Of a stretch of 64,000 nucleotides of DNA, positions 39,171 through 49,393 are shown piece by piece. Every line of letters begins with the position of its first letter. The first letter of the stretch is position 1. Both the position numbers and the translations under genes were made by a program. This stretch comes from an uncultured Chitinophaga sp. (GTDB lineage Bacteria; Bacteroidota; Bacteroidia; Bacteroidales; GCA-2748055), in assembly GCA_964404825.1 (NCBI GenBank), contig CAYOLQ010000002.1, positions 325-64,324 of the forward strand, in the 5' to 3' direction. Under the pieces are notes generated by a model, which was not told the DNA's origin, searched no databases, and saw only the letters and a list, made by a program, of their open reading frames with translations.

Positions 39171-41252
39171 CTATTCCTTTTTCTTCTTTGCCCTGGTTTT
39201 CTTTACCGGTGCTTTCTCTGTAACAACTGCAGCCTCGACAGTTTTATGTTTTCTGGTATTCTTTTTTATTTCTTCTGGCTGACGACCTTTTCTGGGGCCG
39301 AATATTTTTTCAACATCCTCGCTGAAAATTACTTCTTTTTCCAGTAGAATTTTTGCCAGCTGATTTAATCCTTCTTTATGATCAGAGAGAATTTTTTTAG
39401 CTCTTTCATATTGTGCCTGCACCATGTTTTTTGCCTCCTGATCAATCATTTCAGCAGTTTTATCGCTGTATGGTTTACTGAAGGTGAAATCGGTTTGCCC
39501 CGAAGAGTCATAAAAACTAAGGTTGCCGATTTTCGGGCTCATACCATAATAAGATATCATGGCATAGGCTGTTTTGGTGACCCTTTCGAGATCGTTAAGC
39601 GCACCGGTGGATATTTTTGTAAAGTTTATTTCTTCGGAGGCTCTTCCACCCAGTGTGGCGCACATTTCATCAAGCATTTGCTCGGTAGTTGTAATCGACC
39701 TCTCTTCAGGAAGATACCATGCTGCACCTAATGAACGACCTCTGGGTATGATTGTAACTTTTACAAGGGGATTTGCATATTCCAGAAGCCAGCTTACAGT
39801 TGCATGACCGGCTTCGTGATAGGCAATAGTTTCTTTTTCTCCGACAGAGATAATTTTGTTTTTCTTTTCAAGACCTCCGATAATGCGGTCGATAGCATCA
39901 AGAAAGTCCTGTTTCTGTACAGATTTTTTTCCTCTGCGTGCAGCAATAAGTGCCGCTTCGTTACAGACATTTGCAATATCTGCACCTGAAAAACCGGGAG
40001 TTTGCCGGGCCAGAAATTCAATGTCAAGAGCTTTTTCAATTTTCAGAGGTTTTATATGCACGCCGAAAATTTCATGCCTTTCGTTCAGGTCTGGCAATTC
40101 AACATGTATCTGACGATCAAATCTTCCTGCTCTCAGCAATGCGCGGTCGAGAATATCAGCTCTGTTTGTTGCTGCAAGAATAATAACCCCGCTATTTGTT
40201 CCGAAACCATCCATTTCGGTGAGGAGTTGATTTAAGGTGTTTTCACGTTCGTCGTTGGCTCCGAAATTCGGATTTCTTCCGCGTGCACGCCCAACGGCAT
40301 CTATCTCATCTATGAAAACTATGCAGGGCGATTTTTCTTTGGCTTGCTTGAAAAGGTCTCTTACACGGGATGCTCCCACGCCAACAAACATTTCAACAAA
40401 ATCAGAACCTGAAATACTAAAAAATGGTACATGAGCTTCACCTGCTACAGCCTTTGCCAGAAGGGTCTTTCCTGTTCCCGGAGGACCAACAAGTAATGCT
40501 CCTTTTGGAATTTTCCCACCCAGATCGGTATACTTCTTCGGGTTCTTCAGAAAGTCTACAATTTCTTTTATTTCCATTTTAGCTTCTTCCAGACCTGCCA
40601 CGTCTTTAAAATCAACTTTTACAGAAGTGTCCTTATCAAAAATCTGAGCCTTCGATTTACCTACATTGAAAATATTTCCTGCGCCGCCACCTCCCCCGGC
40701 TCCCATACGACGGAATATGAACAACCATACTACAACCAGAAGAATAATTGGAACAAGCCAGCTCAGAATTACTCCAAGATAGTCACTGCGGGTTTCGGTT
40801 TTGAATTCAGGTCTTTTTTCCAGTGGAAGACTGGTTATCAGATCATTTATTTCCTTTGGCTGATCGGGATATTGAATGTTAAACACGAATTTCGGGCCGT
40901 CTGCTGTAAACTGACCAAAACCTCTTTTCTTTGTTTTTTCGGTTATACCGGTTGCACTTACAGTAGTATCAGCCTTTACAAAAATTTCTACCTTTTCTTT
41001 ATTTACAACAATAAGCTTTGTAACCTTTTGTTCTGCAACCATTGCAGAAAACTGGTTCCAGTCTAATTCCTTGGGAGGATCATTAAACTTAAAAAAATTA
41101 ATACCAATGAAGAATAGTGCAAGGGCAATATAAATCCAATAACCGTTGAATTTAGGTTTATTTGACCCGGCAGGTTTAACAGGTTTAGGGTTGTTTCCGT
41201 TATTACCGTTATTACCTGAATTAGTGGTGTTATTATTCGAATTTTCGCTCAT
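39171..41252 (-). CDS. ftsH: ATP-dependent zinc metalloprotease FtsH
   Basis: 693 aa. Walker A GPPGTGKT, Walker B FIDEID, the second region of homology, and zinc site HEAGH. Confidence 0.95.
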   Translation of the reverse strand: MSENSNNNTTNSGNNGNNGNNPKPVKPAGSNKPKFNGYWIYIALALFFIGINFFKFNDPPKELDWNQFSAMVAEQKVTKLIVVNKEKVEIFVKADTTVSATGITEKTKKRGFGQFTADGPKFVFNIQYPDQPKEINDLITSLPLEKRPEFKTETRSDYLGVILSWLVPIILLVVVWLFIFRRMGAGGGGGAGNIFNVGKSKAQIFDKDTSVKVDFKDVAGLEEAKMEIKEIVDFLKNPKKYTDLGGKIPKGALLVGPPGTGKTLLAKAVAGEAHVPFFSISGSDFVEMFVGVGASRVRDLFKQAKEKSPCIVFIDEIDAVGRARGRNPNFGANDERENTLNQLLTEMDGFGTNSGVIILAATNRADILDRALLRAGRFDRQIHVELPDLNERHEIFGVHIKPLKIEKALDIEFLARQTPGFSGADIANVCNEAALIAARRGKKSVQKQDFLDAIDRIIGGLEKKNKIISVGEKETIAYHEAGHATVSWLLEYANPLVKVTIIPRGRSLGAAWYLPEERSITTTEQMLDEMCATLGGRASEEINFTKISTGALNDLERVTKTAYAMISYYGMSPKIGNLSFYDSSGQTDFTFSKPYSDKTAEMIDQEAKNMVQAQYERAKKILSDHKEGLNQLAKILLEKEVIFSEDVEKIFGPRKGRQPEEIKKNTRKHKTVEAAVVTEKAPVKKTRAKKKKE

Positions 41253-41263
41253 CTAAATTTATT

Positions 41264-41635
41264 TTAATCGTCTTCGTAAATTTTTGTTTTCCCATCTGCC
41301 CATAAATCTTCAAGTCTGTAAAATGACCTTTGTTCTTCAAGAAATATATGTACAACAATTCCCGCAAAATCTATCAGAACCCATTGCGAGTTCTGAACCC
41401 CTTCCACATGAGCCGGTTTAACTCCAAGAAGCTCTTTGGGTCTTATTTCAACATTGTCTGCAAGAGCCGAAACCTGTGTTGTTGAGGTTCCATGACAGAT
41501 TATAAAATAATCAAATATGGAGTTCTCAATTCCCCGCAGGTCAATGCTTACAATTTTCTTGCCTTTTTTTTCCCGGATAGATTCAATTATTACCTCCAAA
41601 AGTTTATCGTCACTAATATTTACCTTTTTTTTCAT
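41264..41635 (-). CDS. rsfS: ribosome silencing factor RsfS
   Basis: 123 aa. DYFIICHG...W.L.DFG..VVHIF...R..Y.LE.LW pattern. Confidence 0.9.
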   Translation of the reverse strand: MKKKVNISDDKLLEVIIESIREKKGKKIVSIDLRGIENSIFDYFIICHGTSTTQVSALADNVEIRPKELLGVKPAHVEGVQNSQWVLIDFAGIVVHIFLEEQRSFYRLEDLWADGKTKIYEDD

Positions 41636-41803
41636 TCAGAAATTTTAATTGCAAAGTTAATTATTTTAAGCCATGGAGAAAATTTCAGCCTGAATTAATG
41701 AATATACATGGCTTTTAAAAGAATTAAAATGATTTATCCTGATGGATTAATTGGATTCTAAACAGTTTTTATTCACTTTTGTTTTTTTTCGGGGGATAGA
41801 AAA

Positions 41804-42547
41804 ATGTTTTCAGAAAATTATAAACTCATACATCTGGACAGTATCGTTTCGACAAATTTGCATGCATCTGACCTTTTGTCAGGAAAAAAGCTAAGCGAAC
41901 CTACTGTTATATTAGCAGATTTTCAGACCGGAGGCAAAGGTCAGGGAGGCAATCATTGGGAAAGCAACTCTTCAGACAACCTTTTATTTTCCCTTATCGT
42001 TTTTCCTGCAAAAATAAAGGCCAAAGAGCAGTTTTATATTTCCAAAATTACCGCTATCGCGATAAGAGACGTGCTTTCAAAGCTGGTATCAGGTGTAAAA
42101 ATTAAATGGCCAAACGATATTCTGGTTAACAAAATCAAAATTTCAGGAATTTTGATTGAAAATACCTTGAAATCTGAATTTATAAGCGCATCCGTAATAG
42201 GAATAGGAATAAATGTAAATCAGACCGATTTTTCCATACCGGCAACCAGCCTTAAAAATGAATCAGGCAAAGACTCCGACAGGATTCTCCTTCTGAACTC
42301 TTTTCTGGAGGAGTTTCATTATTGGTATGAAATTCTTTTAAGCAGGGATTTCGCCCAAATCGACCTTGAATATTATAAGAATCTCTATGGCTTCCAGGAA
42401 TGGCTGAGGTTTTCCTGGGGAGGAGTTGAATTCGAAGGTTTTGTAGAAGGAGTTGAAGCTGATGGTTATCTGGTGCTGAAAGCCAGAGACAATAAGGTTT
42501 TTAAGTTCGGTTTCAGAGAAGTGGACTTTCTTCTTAACCCAGATTAA
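41804..42547 (+). CDS. birA: biotin--[acetyl-CoA-carboxylase] ligase (no N-terminal HTH)
   Basis: 247 aa. GGKGQGGNHWES (GRGRxGRxW-like loop) and KWPNDI. Confidence 0.85.
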   Translation: MFSENYKLIHLDSIVSTNLHASDLLSGKKLSEPTVILADFQTGGKGQGGNHWESNSSDNLLFSLIVFPAKIKAKEQFYISKITAIAIRDVLSKLVSGVKIKWPNDILVNKIKISGILIENTLKSEFISASVIGIGINVNQTDFSIPATSLKNESGKDSDRILLLNSFLEEFHYWYEILLSRDFAQIDLEYYKNLYGFQEWLRFSWGGVEFEGFVEGVEADGYLVLKARDNKVFKFGFREVDFLLNPD

Positions 42548-42941
42548 GTTTTTCCGCCTGATCTATAAGCATATCAATAAAACCCTGCAGGGGCTCCTTT
42601 AGCATCAACATCATCATCATGTTTACATGTGGCTCTATAACCACTCGTATTGCCGTCTGATTTTCATCGATATACTTTAACTGGATCCATAGGTGAAAAC
42701 CAACCGGAGTTTTCCCTTCAGATGCTATTTTTATTAAACTGTTTGGGGTTTTCTCAATTATCTTAAGAGCAGCATCGCCGATTCCGTCAACTGTGAATTG
42801 ACAAGAATCAGAAGTTGCAATCCAGTTTTTAATTTTATCCTCCGGGATAAGGCTTTTAAAATTATTAAAATCCGAAAGGAACTGATACACCTGAACATCA
42901 GATTTCGATATCTTACCTACTTTGCTTTCTATTTTGTCCAT
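42534..42941 (-). CDS. hypothetical SRPBCC-like protein
   Basis: 135 aa. The alpha/beta pattern and length suggest a START/Bet v1-like fold. The 3' end overlaps birA convergently by 14 nt. Confidence 0.35.
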   Translation of the reverse strand: MDKIESKVGKISKSDVQVYQFLSDFNNFKSLIPEDKIKNWIATSDSCQFTVDGIGDAALKIIEKTPNSLIKIASEGKTPVGFHLWIQLKYIDENQTAIRVVIEPHVNMMMMLMLKEPLQGFIDMLIDQAEKLNLG

Positions 42942-42947
42942 TGATTT

Positions 42948-43577
42948 TTATTTTCTCCAGTTTTCCGGATCTGTGCGCCAGTCAGCCAACAAAGCAGCTT
43001 CATTTTTATTGATAAATCCGTTTTCGAGAGCCAGTTCGAGGAGCGCATTATAATTACTTAATGTTATCAGTTTGCAGTCTGCATCATTAAAATTCTTAAC
43101 AGCCTGAGGAAATCCATAACTGAATATTGCTGCCATACCAACTACAACACATCCGGCTTCACGAAGAGCATTCACTGCTTTAAGGCTACTGCCACCCGTT
43201 GAGATAAGATCCTCAATAACAACAATTTTTTGTCCCGGCTCGATTTTACCCTCTATTAAGTTTTCAAGCCCATGAGATTTTGATGCTGAGCGAACATAAA
43301 CAAATGGCAATTCCATTTTATCCGCAACAAGAGCACCCTGGGCTATCGCTCCGGTTGCAACTCCGGCAATAACATCGGGTATACCGAATTGCTTTTTAAT
43401 TTCTTCTACAAACGAATCACGGATAAATGATCTGATTTCAGGAAATGAAAGGGTCTTCCGGTTATCGCAATAAATAGGCGAGAACCAGCCTGAAGCCCAC
43501 GTAAACGGGTTTGCAGGTTCTAATTTTATTGACTTACTTTGCAGCAGATAATGTGCGATTTTTTTACTTGTATCCAT
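42948..43577 (-). CDS. pyrE: orotate phosphoribosyltransferase
   Basis: 209 aa. FTWASGWFSPIYCDNR and PRPP loop VVIEDLISTGGSS. Confidence 0.92.
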   Translation of the reverse strand: MDTSKKIAHYLLQSKSIKLEPANPFTWASGWFSPIYCDNRKTLSFPEIRSFIRDSFVEEIKKQFGIPDVIAGVATGAIAQGALVADKMELPFVYVRSASKSHGLENLIEGKIEPGQKIVVIEDLISTGGSSLKAVNALREAGCVVVGMAAIFSYGFPQAVKNFNDADCKLITLSNYNALLELALENGFINKNEAALLADWRTDPENWRK

Positions 43578-43578
43578 A

Positions 43579-44202
43579 GTGCGGCAAATGTATAAAGTTT
43601 TTTTTAAGGACAGAACAGTTTTTTTCAGAGATGATTTTCCAGAAACCTTCCGGACAAAATACGGCCTCTTCTACAAATATGAATTACCCTCGAATTTGGA
43701 AGAAATCGTGAGTGCTTTTTTTAACCTTGAAAAAATCAGTACGCTTTATTTATTTCATTCTGACCTGCCTTTTTTATACAAAGAGTTCAGTTCCCTTTTT
43801 AAGCCTGTAAAAGCTGCAGGTGGTCTGGTAAGAAACTCCAGAGGAGAGTTTATGGTTATATTCAGAAATGGAATATGGGACCTGCCCAAAGGCAAAGAAG
43901 AGAAAGGCGAGAGCTCACAGGAAGCCGCGGTGCGCGAAGTATGCGAAGAATGCGGAATTGAGGCTCCCCTGGTACAAAGTTTTCTTCTTAAAACTTTTCA
44001 TGCATATAAGCAGGATGGTAAAACTTTTCTTAAAGAAACCGACTGGTACAATATGACTGTTGAAAATGATGTGAAAACCAAACCTCAGAAGAAAGAGAAT
44101 ATCACAGAGATACGATGGCTAAAGCCTGAGAATGCGAACTTAATTCGTTCAAATACTTTTCCTTTAGTACTTGATGTGTTGAAAGAGGCAAAAATTATCT
44201 GA
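43579..44202 (+). CDS. NUDIX hydrolase
   Basis: 207 aa. Nudix box GKEEKGESSQEAAVREVCEECG. The ORF-track start is GTG at 43579 and an ATG at 43588 is the alternative. Confidence 0.8.
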   Translation: MRQMYKVFFKDRTVFFRDDFPETFRTKYGLFYKYELPSNLEEIVSAFFNLEKISTLYLFHSDLPFLYKEFSSLFKPVKAAGGLVRNSRGEFMVIFRNGIWDLPKGKEEKGESSQEAAVREVCEECGIEAPLVQSFLLKTFHAYKQDGKTFLKETDWYNMTVENDVKTKPQKKENITEIRWLKPENANLIRSNTFPLVLDVLKEAKII

Positions 44203-44206
44203 GATA

Positions 44207-45634
44207 TCAGATTTCCCCATTCCCTTTTAAAATACTGAAAAGTTGTTGTTCAAATCCGTCAGAAGGTAGAACAGCCGGAGACATAATTAGTTTCCCTTCC
44301 CTGTCAACAAGGTAAAAAACAGGAAAGGCTTTTATTTTGTAATCCTGCATGAGAGCAGGACTATTTACTCCATAATAGAATTTCCAGGGTATCTGGTTTT
44401 CATCTGAAAAGCTTTGTATTTTCTCCTTTTCATCCGAAGGAATGATTACAAGTATCTCAAGATATTTACTGTATTTATGATAATAGTATTTCAGGTATTC
44501 AAATTCCTGCAGACACTCCAGATTATTGAGTGAACAAAAACCAATATAAACATACTTACTTCCGTTAAATGGTATTTCCAGACTATCTCCGTCTATGCTT
44601 TTTAGTTTTGCCGGGGGAGGAGAGAGGCCTTTAAGCATTGATGACGCTTCCTTTTTCAGCCTTTCTGAAATAATTTTGGTAATGGGATCAGAAGAATTGA
44701 AAATAAGACTATCACAAAGTGCAGTAAGGGTCGGCAATGGTAATCCGCTTTCATAGTATGCACTCTGGAATTCCCTGAGAATAACCCATTCACGAATCTG
44801 ATCATTTTGTAATATCGGATCTTTTTTAAGAATCCTGTTTAATGATGAATAATCCCCATTACCTATAAGTGAATAAATTCCTGCAAAATCAGGGTGGTTT
44901 GTAAGACTGCTGATATACCTGTCGAAATACAAATTGAAGAATTCCCACCAGGAAGGAACATCAGGACGAACAGGTTTGTCCATAAGATATTTCTCATACA
45001 AATCATTTCGGTTGAATTGGTTGACCAGAAATCCAAGCGTTGCCAGTTTGTATAAGCGATAGGATTCGAAATACTCATTCCCGGATGAACCGGCATAATC
45101 ACTTAAAGCAAGATCAAAGGAATCCAGCTTTTCACGGCTGCGTTCCGCATCGTAGTAACGGAGAATCTGTTTATCGAGAAAAGGTTCGAATTGTTCATTG
45201 AATTTGAAAATAGCATCATTAAGTTCCGTTTTACTCACAGTAATTTCGGAAGCTGGAACCATATGCCATAGCGGAGGTACAAAAAAGACATTACGGGTTT
45301 CATTATTTTTACCGGCAGGAAGCGGTGGCAGCTCAATATTGTATGACCTACCGGGTTCTGCAAACAGAAACGCCTTATACAAAGGAGTCTGGCAATAAAC
45401 GCATTGTGTGTTTTCAAGTGGAAAACTTATGGAAAAGTTACCGTCGTTATCAACTATTACTTTTGATACAGATTTCCTGGTATCGTAAATTCTTTCGGTA
45501 TAATAAAAAAACTCCAGTTCCTTACCTGCGTACTCAGTATTTTTGCCATTAAAAAAAACAGGCATACTTTGTGAATATAAACCAACTGTAAGGATGAAAA
45601 CTAACAGGATGGAAAGATACAGCCTTCCTCTCAT
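44207..45634 (-). CDS. exported protein with a C-terminal thioredoxin-fold (TlpA/redoxin-like) domain lacking a canonical CxxC
   Basis: 475 aa with a signal peptide. The last ~130 aa resemble the TlpA fold (AFPVFYLVDREGKL), but the active-site position reads FCSLNNLEC. Confidence 0.45.
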   Translation of the reverse strand: MRGRLYLSILLVFILTVGLYSQSMPVFFNGKNTEYAGKELEFFYYTERIYDTRKSVSKVIVDNDGNFSISFPLENTQCVYCQTPLYKAFLFAEPGRSYNIELPPLPAGKNNETRNVFFVPPLWHMVPASEITVSKTELNDAIFKFNEQFEPFLDKQILRYYDAERSREKLDSFDLALSDYAGSSGNEYFESYRLYKLATLGFLVNQFNRNDLYEKYLMDKPVRPDVPSWWEFFNLYFDRYISSLTNHPDFAGIYSLIGNGDYSSLNRILKKDPILQNDQIREWVILREFQSAYYESGLPLPTLTALCDSLIFNSSDPITKIISERLKKEASSMLKGLSPPPAKLKSIDGDSLEIPFNGSKYVYIGFCSLNNLECLQEFEYLKYYYHKYSKYLEILVIIPSDEKEKIQSFSDENQIPWKFYYGVNSPALMQDYKIKAFPVFYLVDREGKLIMSPAVLPSDGFEQQLFSILKGNGEI

Positions 45635-46104
45635 GGTAAATATTTCTTAATATCCACTCCTTTTGGTAAGAATTTAGAAGCATCTCCCCCGTAAAATAAA
45701 ATATCCCTGACAATAGTTGAATTAACAAAAGTATATTCCGGAGAAGTGAGTAAAAAAACGGTTTCAATTAACGGATTCATTGCCTTATTCATCTGACCAA
45801 TAGCTCTTTCATACTCGAAATCAGCTGCTGTACGTAAACCGCGAAGCAGGTAACGTGCATTTACTTTTGTGCAATAATCTATTGTGAGACCCTGATAGTG
45901 TTGGACTTCAACTTTGGGATTACCTGCGAAAACATCAGATATAAGCCGCAACCGGGTATCAAGGTCAAGAAGTGCTTTTTTCTGGGTGTTGAAACCAACT
46001 GCAATTATTATCTTATCGAAAAGTGGCAATGATCTGTTTACAACGGATTGATGCCCGATTGTAAAAGGGTCGAAAGAGCCTGGGAAAAGTGCAATTTTAT
46101 CCAT
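45631..46104 (-). CDS. coaD: phosphopantetheine adenylyltransferase
   Basis: Start trimmed to MDKIALFPGSFDPFTIGHQ (ATG at 46104). The 70-codon upstream extension in the ORF track overlaps the neighbouring gene. Confidence 0.92.
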   Translation of the reverse strand: MDKIALFPGSFDPFTIGHQSVVNRSLPLFDKIIIAVGFNTQKKALLDLDTRLRLISDVFAGNPKVEVQHYQGLTIDYCTKVNARYLLRGLRTAADFEYERAIGQMNKAMNPLIETVFLLTSPEYTFVNSTIVRDILFYGGDASKFLPKGVDIKKYLP

Positions 46105-46159
46105 AAAACAAGAATGAATTGTGAGAATTGTTTTCCTCTGAACTAATTCACTTAATTTT

Positions 46160-46693
46160 CTAGTATGTTCTGATCTCACAACCCCCGAATACAACCTCCA
46201 GTTTAATTTCCAGATGAGGCTTTTCGGGATCAAAATCAGGGCTGGTGTAGGTTGATGAACCAAATACAGCAGAGTTCCCGTTTGGCAATTCTGTACCGGC
46301 AAATGCTGATTCAACTTTAATTTTGGTTGGTAAATCCTTGTTGATTTTTATTATACTGGCACCAAAAACCGTACTTATTTTTACTCTCTGTTTCTCACCT
46401 TTAAGGTCGATATCCCTGAAATCATAAGTTCCTTTACCAAATACCACGCTGTAATCGCGGTTGGTTTCGGGGTTGGAAAAGCGTTTCTCTCCGAAAACAA
46501 TGTCGCTTTCTTTCGTTTCAAATGAGGGAGTTTTAAAACTTCCGAAAAGCATTTTTATTCCAAAAAAGATTAACAGAAAAGCAATCAGAATCTTAAAGAG
46601 TGGAAAATCAATATTGAAAACAATTCTGAAAATCAGACTAGCTCCCAGGATTACAAGTAGTAATCCCCAAAAAAGTGATGGACCCATTTTCAT
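46160..46693 (-). CDS. LiaF-like (DUF2154-like) membrane protein
   Basis: 177 aa. Two N-terminal TM helices followed by a beta-rich domain with repeated VFG/FGG strands. Confidence 0.4.
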   Translation of the reverse strand: MKMGPSLFWGLLLVILGASLIFRIVFNIDFPLFKILIAFLLIFFGIKMLFGSFKTPSFETKESDIVFGEKRFSNPETNRDYSVVFGKGTYDFRDIDLKGEKQRVKISTVFGASIIKINKDLPTKIKVESAFAGTELPNGNSAVFGSSTYTSPDFDPEKPHLEIKLEVVFGGCEIRTY

Positions 46694-46751
46694 TTTTTTT
46701 TTGATTAAGAATCGGTAATGAAAGTAAAAATACAGTTTTATTTTTTAAATA

Positions 46752-49250
46752 TTATATAACCTTTAACGGACTTTTTACCTTTTCTTTCATAAGTGCCAGT
46801 TCCAGTACCTGTAAGATATTTTCTACATAATGAAATGTGAGATCCTTGCGGTAAATTTCCTTTATTTCCTCAATATCTTTCAGATTATCTTTTGAAATTA
46901 TAATATCCGTTATCCCTGCTCTTTTTGCTGCAAGGATTTTCTCTTTGATTCCTCCCACAGGTAATACTTTTCCCCGGAGAGTTATTTCACCCGTCATAGC
47001 CAGATTTGCTTTTACCTTTCTCTGGGTAAATGTTGATGCAAGCGAGGTAATCATTGTTATACCGGCCGATGGCCCGTCTTTTGGAATCGCACCTTCAGGA
47101 ACATGAACATGAACATTACATTGATCAAAGATTTCCACATCCAGACCCAACATTGGCGAATGTGATTTCAGATATTCAAGTGCAAGCACTGCTGATTCTT
47201 TCATTACATCACCAAGGTTTCCGGTAAGAGTTAACTTACCATTTCCTTTACTTATGCTCGATTCAACAAAAAGTATCTCGCCACCGACAGATGTCCATGC
47301 AAGACCCGTAACAACTCCCGCGAAATCATTATTTTCATAATGATCTCTCATAAACCTTGGAGTTCCAAGGATTTCCTTTATGCTTTTTACCGAAAGAGCC
47401 GGGTTATACTGTTCTTCCATTGCAATCTTTTTTGCCACCACCCGAATAACTTTGGCAATCTGCTTATCCAACTGTCTTACTCCCGATTCACGGGTATAAT
47501 TTTCAATAATATTCTGTAAAGCTTCTTTAGCAAATTTCAGCTTTGCTTTTGGTAATCCATGTTCAGAAAGTTGTTTGGGAACGAGATGCTGTTTGGCAAT
47601 CTCAAGTTTTTCTTCAACAAGATAGCCTGTTACCTCAATAATTTCCATACGATCGAGTAGTGCAGGACTTATAGTACTTGTAGTATTTGCCGTTGCAATG
47701 AATAATATCCTCGATAAATCGTAATCCACCTCCAGGTAATTATCATGAAAAGCAGAGTTTTGTTCCGGATCGAGTACCTCAAGCAGGGCTGATTCAGGAT
47801 CTCCATGGAAATCCCTGCCAACTTTATCAATCTCATCCAGCACAAATACCGGGTTGGAAGATTTGGCTTTTTTCAGACTCTGAATTATCCGACCCGGCAT
47901 AGCTCCGATGTATGTTTTCCGGTGCCCCCTTATTTCCGACTCGTCATGCAGCCCACCTAAAGAAACCCTGACATACTTGCGGTTAAGCGCCCTGGCAATA
48001 GATTTTCCAAGTGATGTTTTACCAACACCCGGAGGGCCAACCAGGCAAACTATAGGTGATTTCATATCACCCTTTAGTTTAAGGACGGCAAGGTGCTCAA
48101 TTATGCGGTCCTTAACATTGTCGAGGCCAAAATGATCCTTGTCGAGGATATTCTGTGCCCTTTTTAGATTGAAATTATCTTTTGTATATTCCTTCCAGGG
48201 CAGATCCAGCATAGTCTGGACGTAATTCATTTGTACGGAATACTCTCCTGCTGCGGGATTCAGACGGCCAAGTTTTTCAAGTTCTTTATTAAAAACTTCT
48301 GCAGTTTCTTTCAGCCATTTTTTCTTTTTGGCTTTTTCTTTAAGGTCCTTAATGTCCTGCTCAACCGGATTTCCGCCCAATTCATCCTGAATGGTCTTCA
48401 TCTGCTGGTGCAGAAGGTATTCTCTTTGCTGCTGATCCAGATCGTGCTTTACTTTGGATTGGATATCGTATTTAAGCTCAAGCATCTGAACTTCTTTGGC
48501 CAGATATTCAAGAAGCCGGATCCCTCTTTGCTTTAAATCGTCAATTTCAAGAAGTTTCTGTTTTTCAGCAATTTCCATATCGTTATTTGATGAGAGGAAA
48601 TTGATAAGGAATGCAGAGCTTTCAATATTTTTAACTGCAAAAGTAGCTTCTGGCGGTATATTTGATGAAAGCTTTATAATTTTCAAAGACAGATCTTTAA
48701 GAGTGGCTACTATAGCTTTCAGCTCGTCTTCGCTACCCGACCTTTTGTCTTCCAGCACGTCAATGCGTGCCACATAATAAGGTTTATCAGAGACAAGATC
48801 CATTATCTCAAAGCGTTTTTTGCCTTGAATGATTACCGAGGTGGAACCATCAGGCATCTCAAGAATTTTCAGGATTTGAGCAACGGTGCCTGTTTTATAG
48901 AGATCTTTAATCTCAGGCTCATCAATATTCACATTATTCTGTGCAACCGCTCCAAGAATTTTGTTTTTCCGGTAAACTTCTTTAATCAGCTTTAAAGATT
49001 TTTCACGTCCGATAGAAATCGGAATTACCACGCCCGGGAATAAAACTGTATTTCTGAGAGGGAGTATTGGCAAAACGTCAGGTACATTCAGCTTAAGCAG
49101 TTCATCGTCCTCTTCGTCAGAAATAATGGGTATAAATTCGGATTCCTCGTCTACACCATCCGAATTTAAAAGGTTTTCTAAACTATACTGGAACATATTC
49201 TTCATATCATCTCCGTTCTTTCTACTGACAAATAGTCTGATTGATATCAA
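46752..49250 (-). CDS. lon: ATP-dependent Lon protease (LonA)
   Basis: 832 aa. LON N-domain, Walker A GPPGVGKTS, Walker B VFVLDEIDK, and protease Ser in PKDGPSAGITM. The true start may be the ATG at 49205 (MKNMFQ). Confidence 0.95.
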   Translation of the reverse strand: MISIRLFVSRKNGDDMKNMFQYSLENLLNSDGVDEESEFIPIISDEEDDELLKLNVPDVLPILPLRNTVLFPGVVIPISIGREKSLKLIKEVYRKNKILGAVAQNNVNIDEPEIKDLYKTGTVAQILKILEMPDGSTSVIIQGKKRFEIMDLVSDKPYYVARIDVLEDKRSGSEDELKAIVATLKDLSLKIIKLSSNIPPEATFAVKNIESSAFLINFLSSNNDMEIAEKQKLLEIDDLKQRGIRLLEYLAKEVQMLELKYDIQSKVKHDLDQQQREYLLHQQMKTIQDELGGNPVEQDIKDLKEKAKKKKWLKETAEVFNKELEKLGRLNPAAGEYSVQMNYVQTMLDLPWKEYTKDNFNLKRAQNILDKDHFGLDNVKDRIIEHLAVLKLKGDMKSPIVCLVGPPGVGKTSLGKSIARALNRKYVRVSLGGLHDESEIRGHRKTYIGAMPGRIIQSLKKAKSSNPVFVLDEIDKVGRDFHGDPESALLEVLDPEQNSAFHDNYLEVDYDLSRILFIATANTTSTISPALLDRMEIIEVTGYLVEEKLEIAKQHLVPKQLSEHGLPKAKLKFAKEALQNIIENYTRESGVRQLDKQIAKVIRVVAKKIAMEEQYNPALSVKSIKEILGTPRFMRDHYENNDFAGVVTGLAWTSVGGEILFVESSISKGNGKLTLTGNLGDVMKESAVLALEYLKSHSPMLGLDVEIFDQCNVHVHVPEGAIPKDGPSAGITMITSLASTFTQRKVKANLAMTGEITLRGKVLPVGGIKEKILAAKRAGITDIIISKDNLKDIEEIKEIYRKDLTFHYVENILQVLELALMKEKVKSPLKVI

Positions 49251-49339
49251 TCAAATGAATAAATTAAAAGTAATGCTTTATGGGTCAAGACTTATGCCAA
49301 AAACTTAGAAGGACATCAAAAACTCAAAATTCAAAGTTT

Positions 49340-49382
49340 AAAATGCAAACTTGAGCGGTAATTAAATAACATTTTGCATTTT
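49340..49382 (-). terminator. weak AT-rich hairpin between the nucleotidyltransferase gene and lon
   Basis: 10-bp inverted repeat aaaatgcaaa/tttgcatttt with a 23-nt loop, starting 12 nt after the stop at 49394. The stem ends in TTTT on the minus strand. Confidence 0.25.
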
Positions 49383-49393
49383 TCACTAAACAC

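Noticed and set aside
46105-46314. 70-codon upstream extension of coaD in the ORF track.
   Set aside because: It overlaps the LiaF-like gene on the same strand. The conserved CoaD N-terminus (KIALFPGSFDP) starts at the ATG at 46104.
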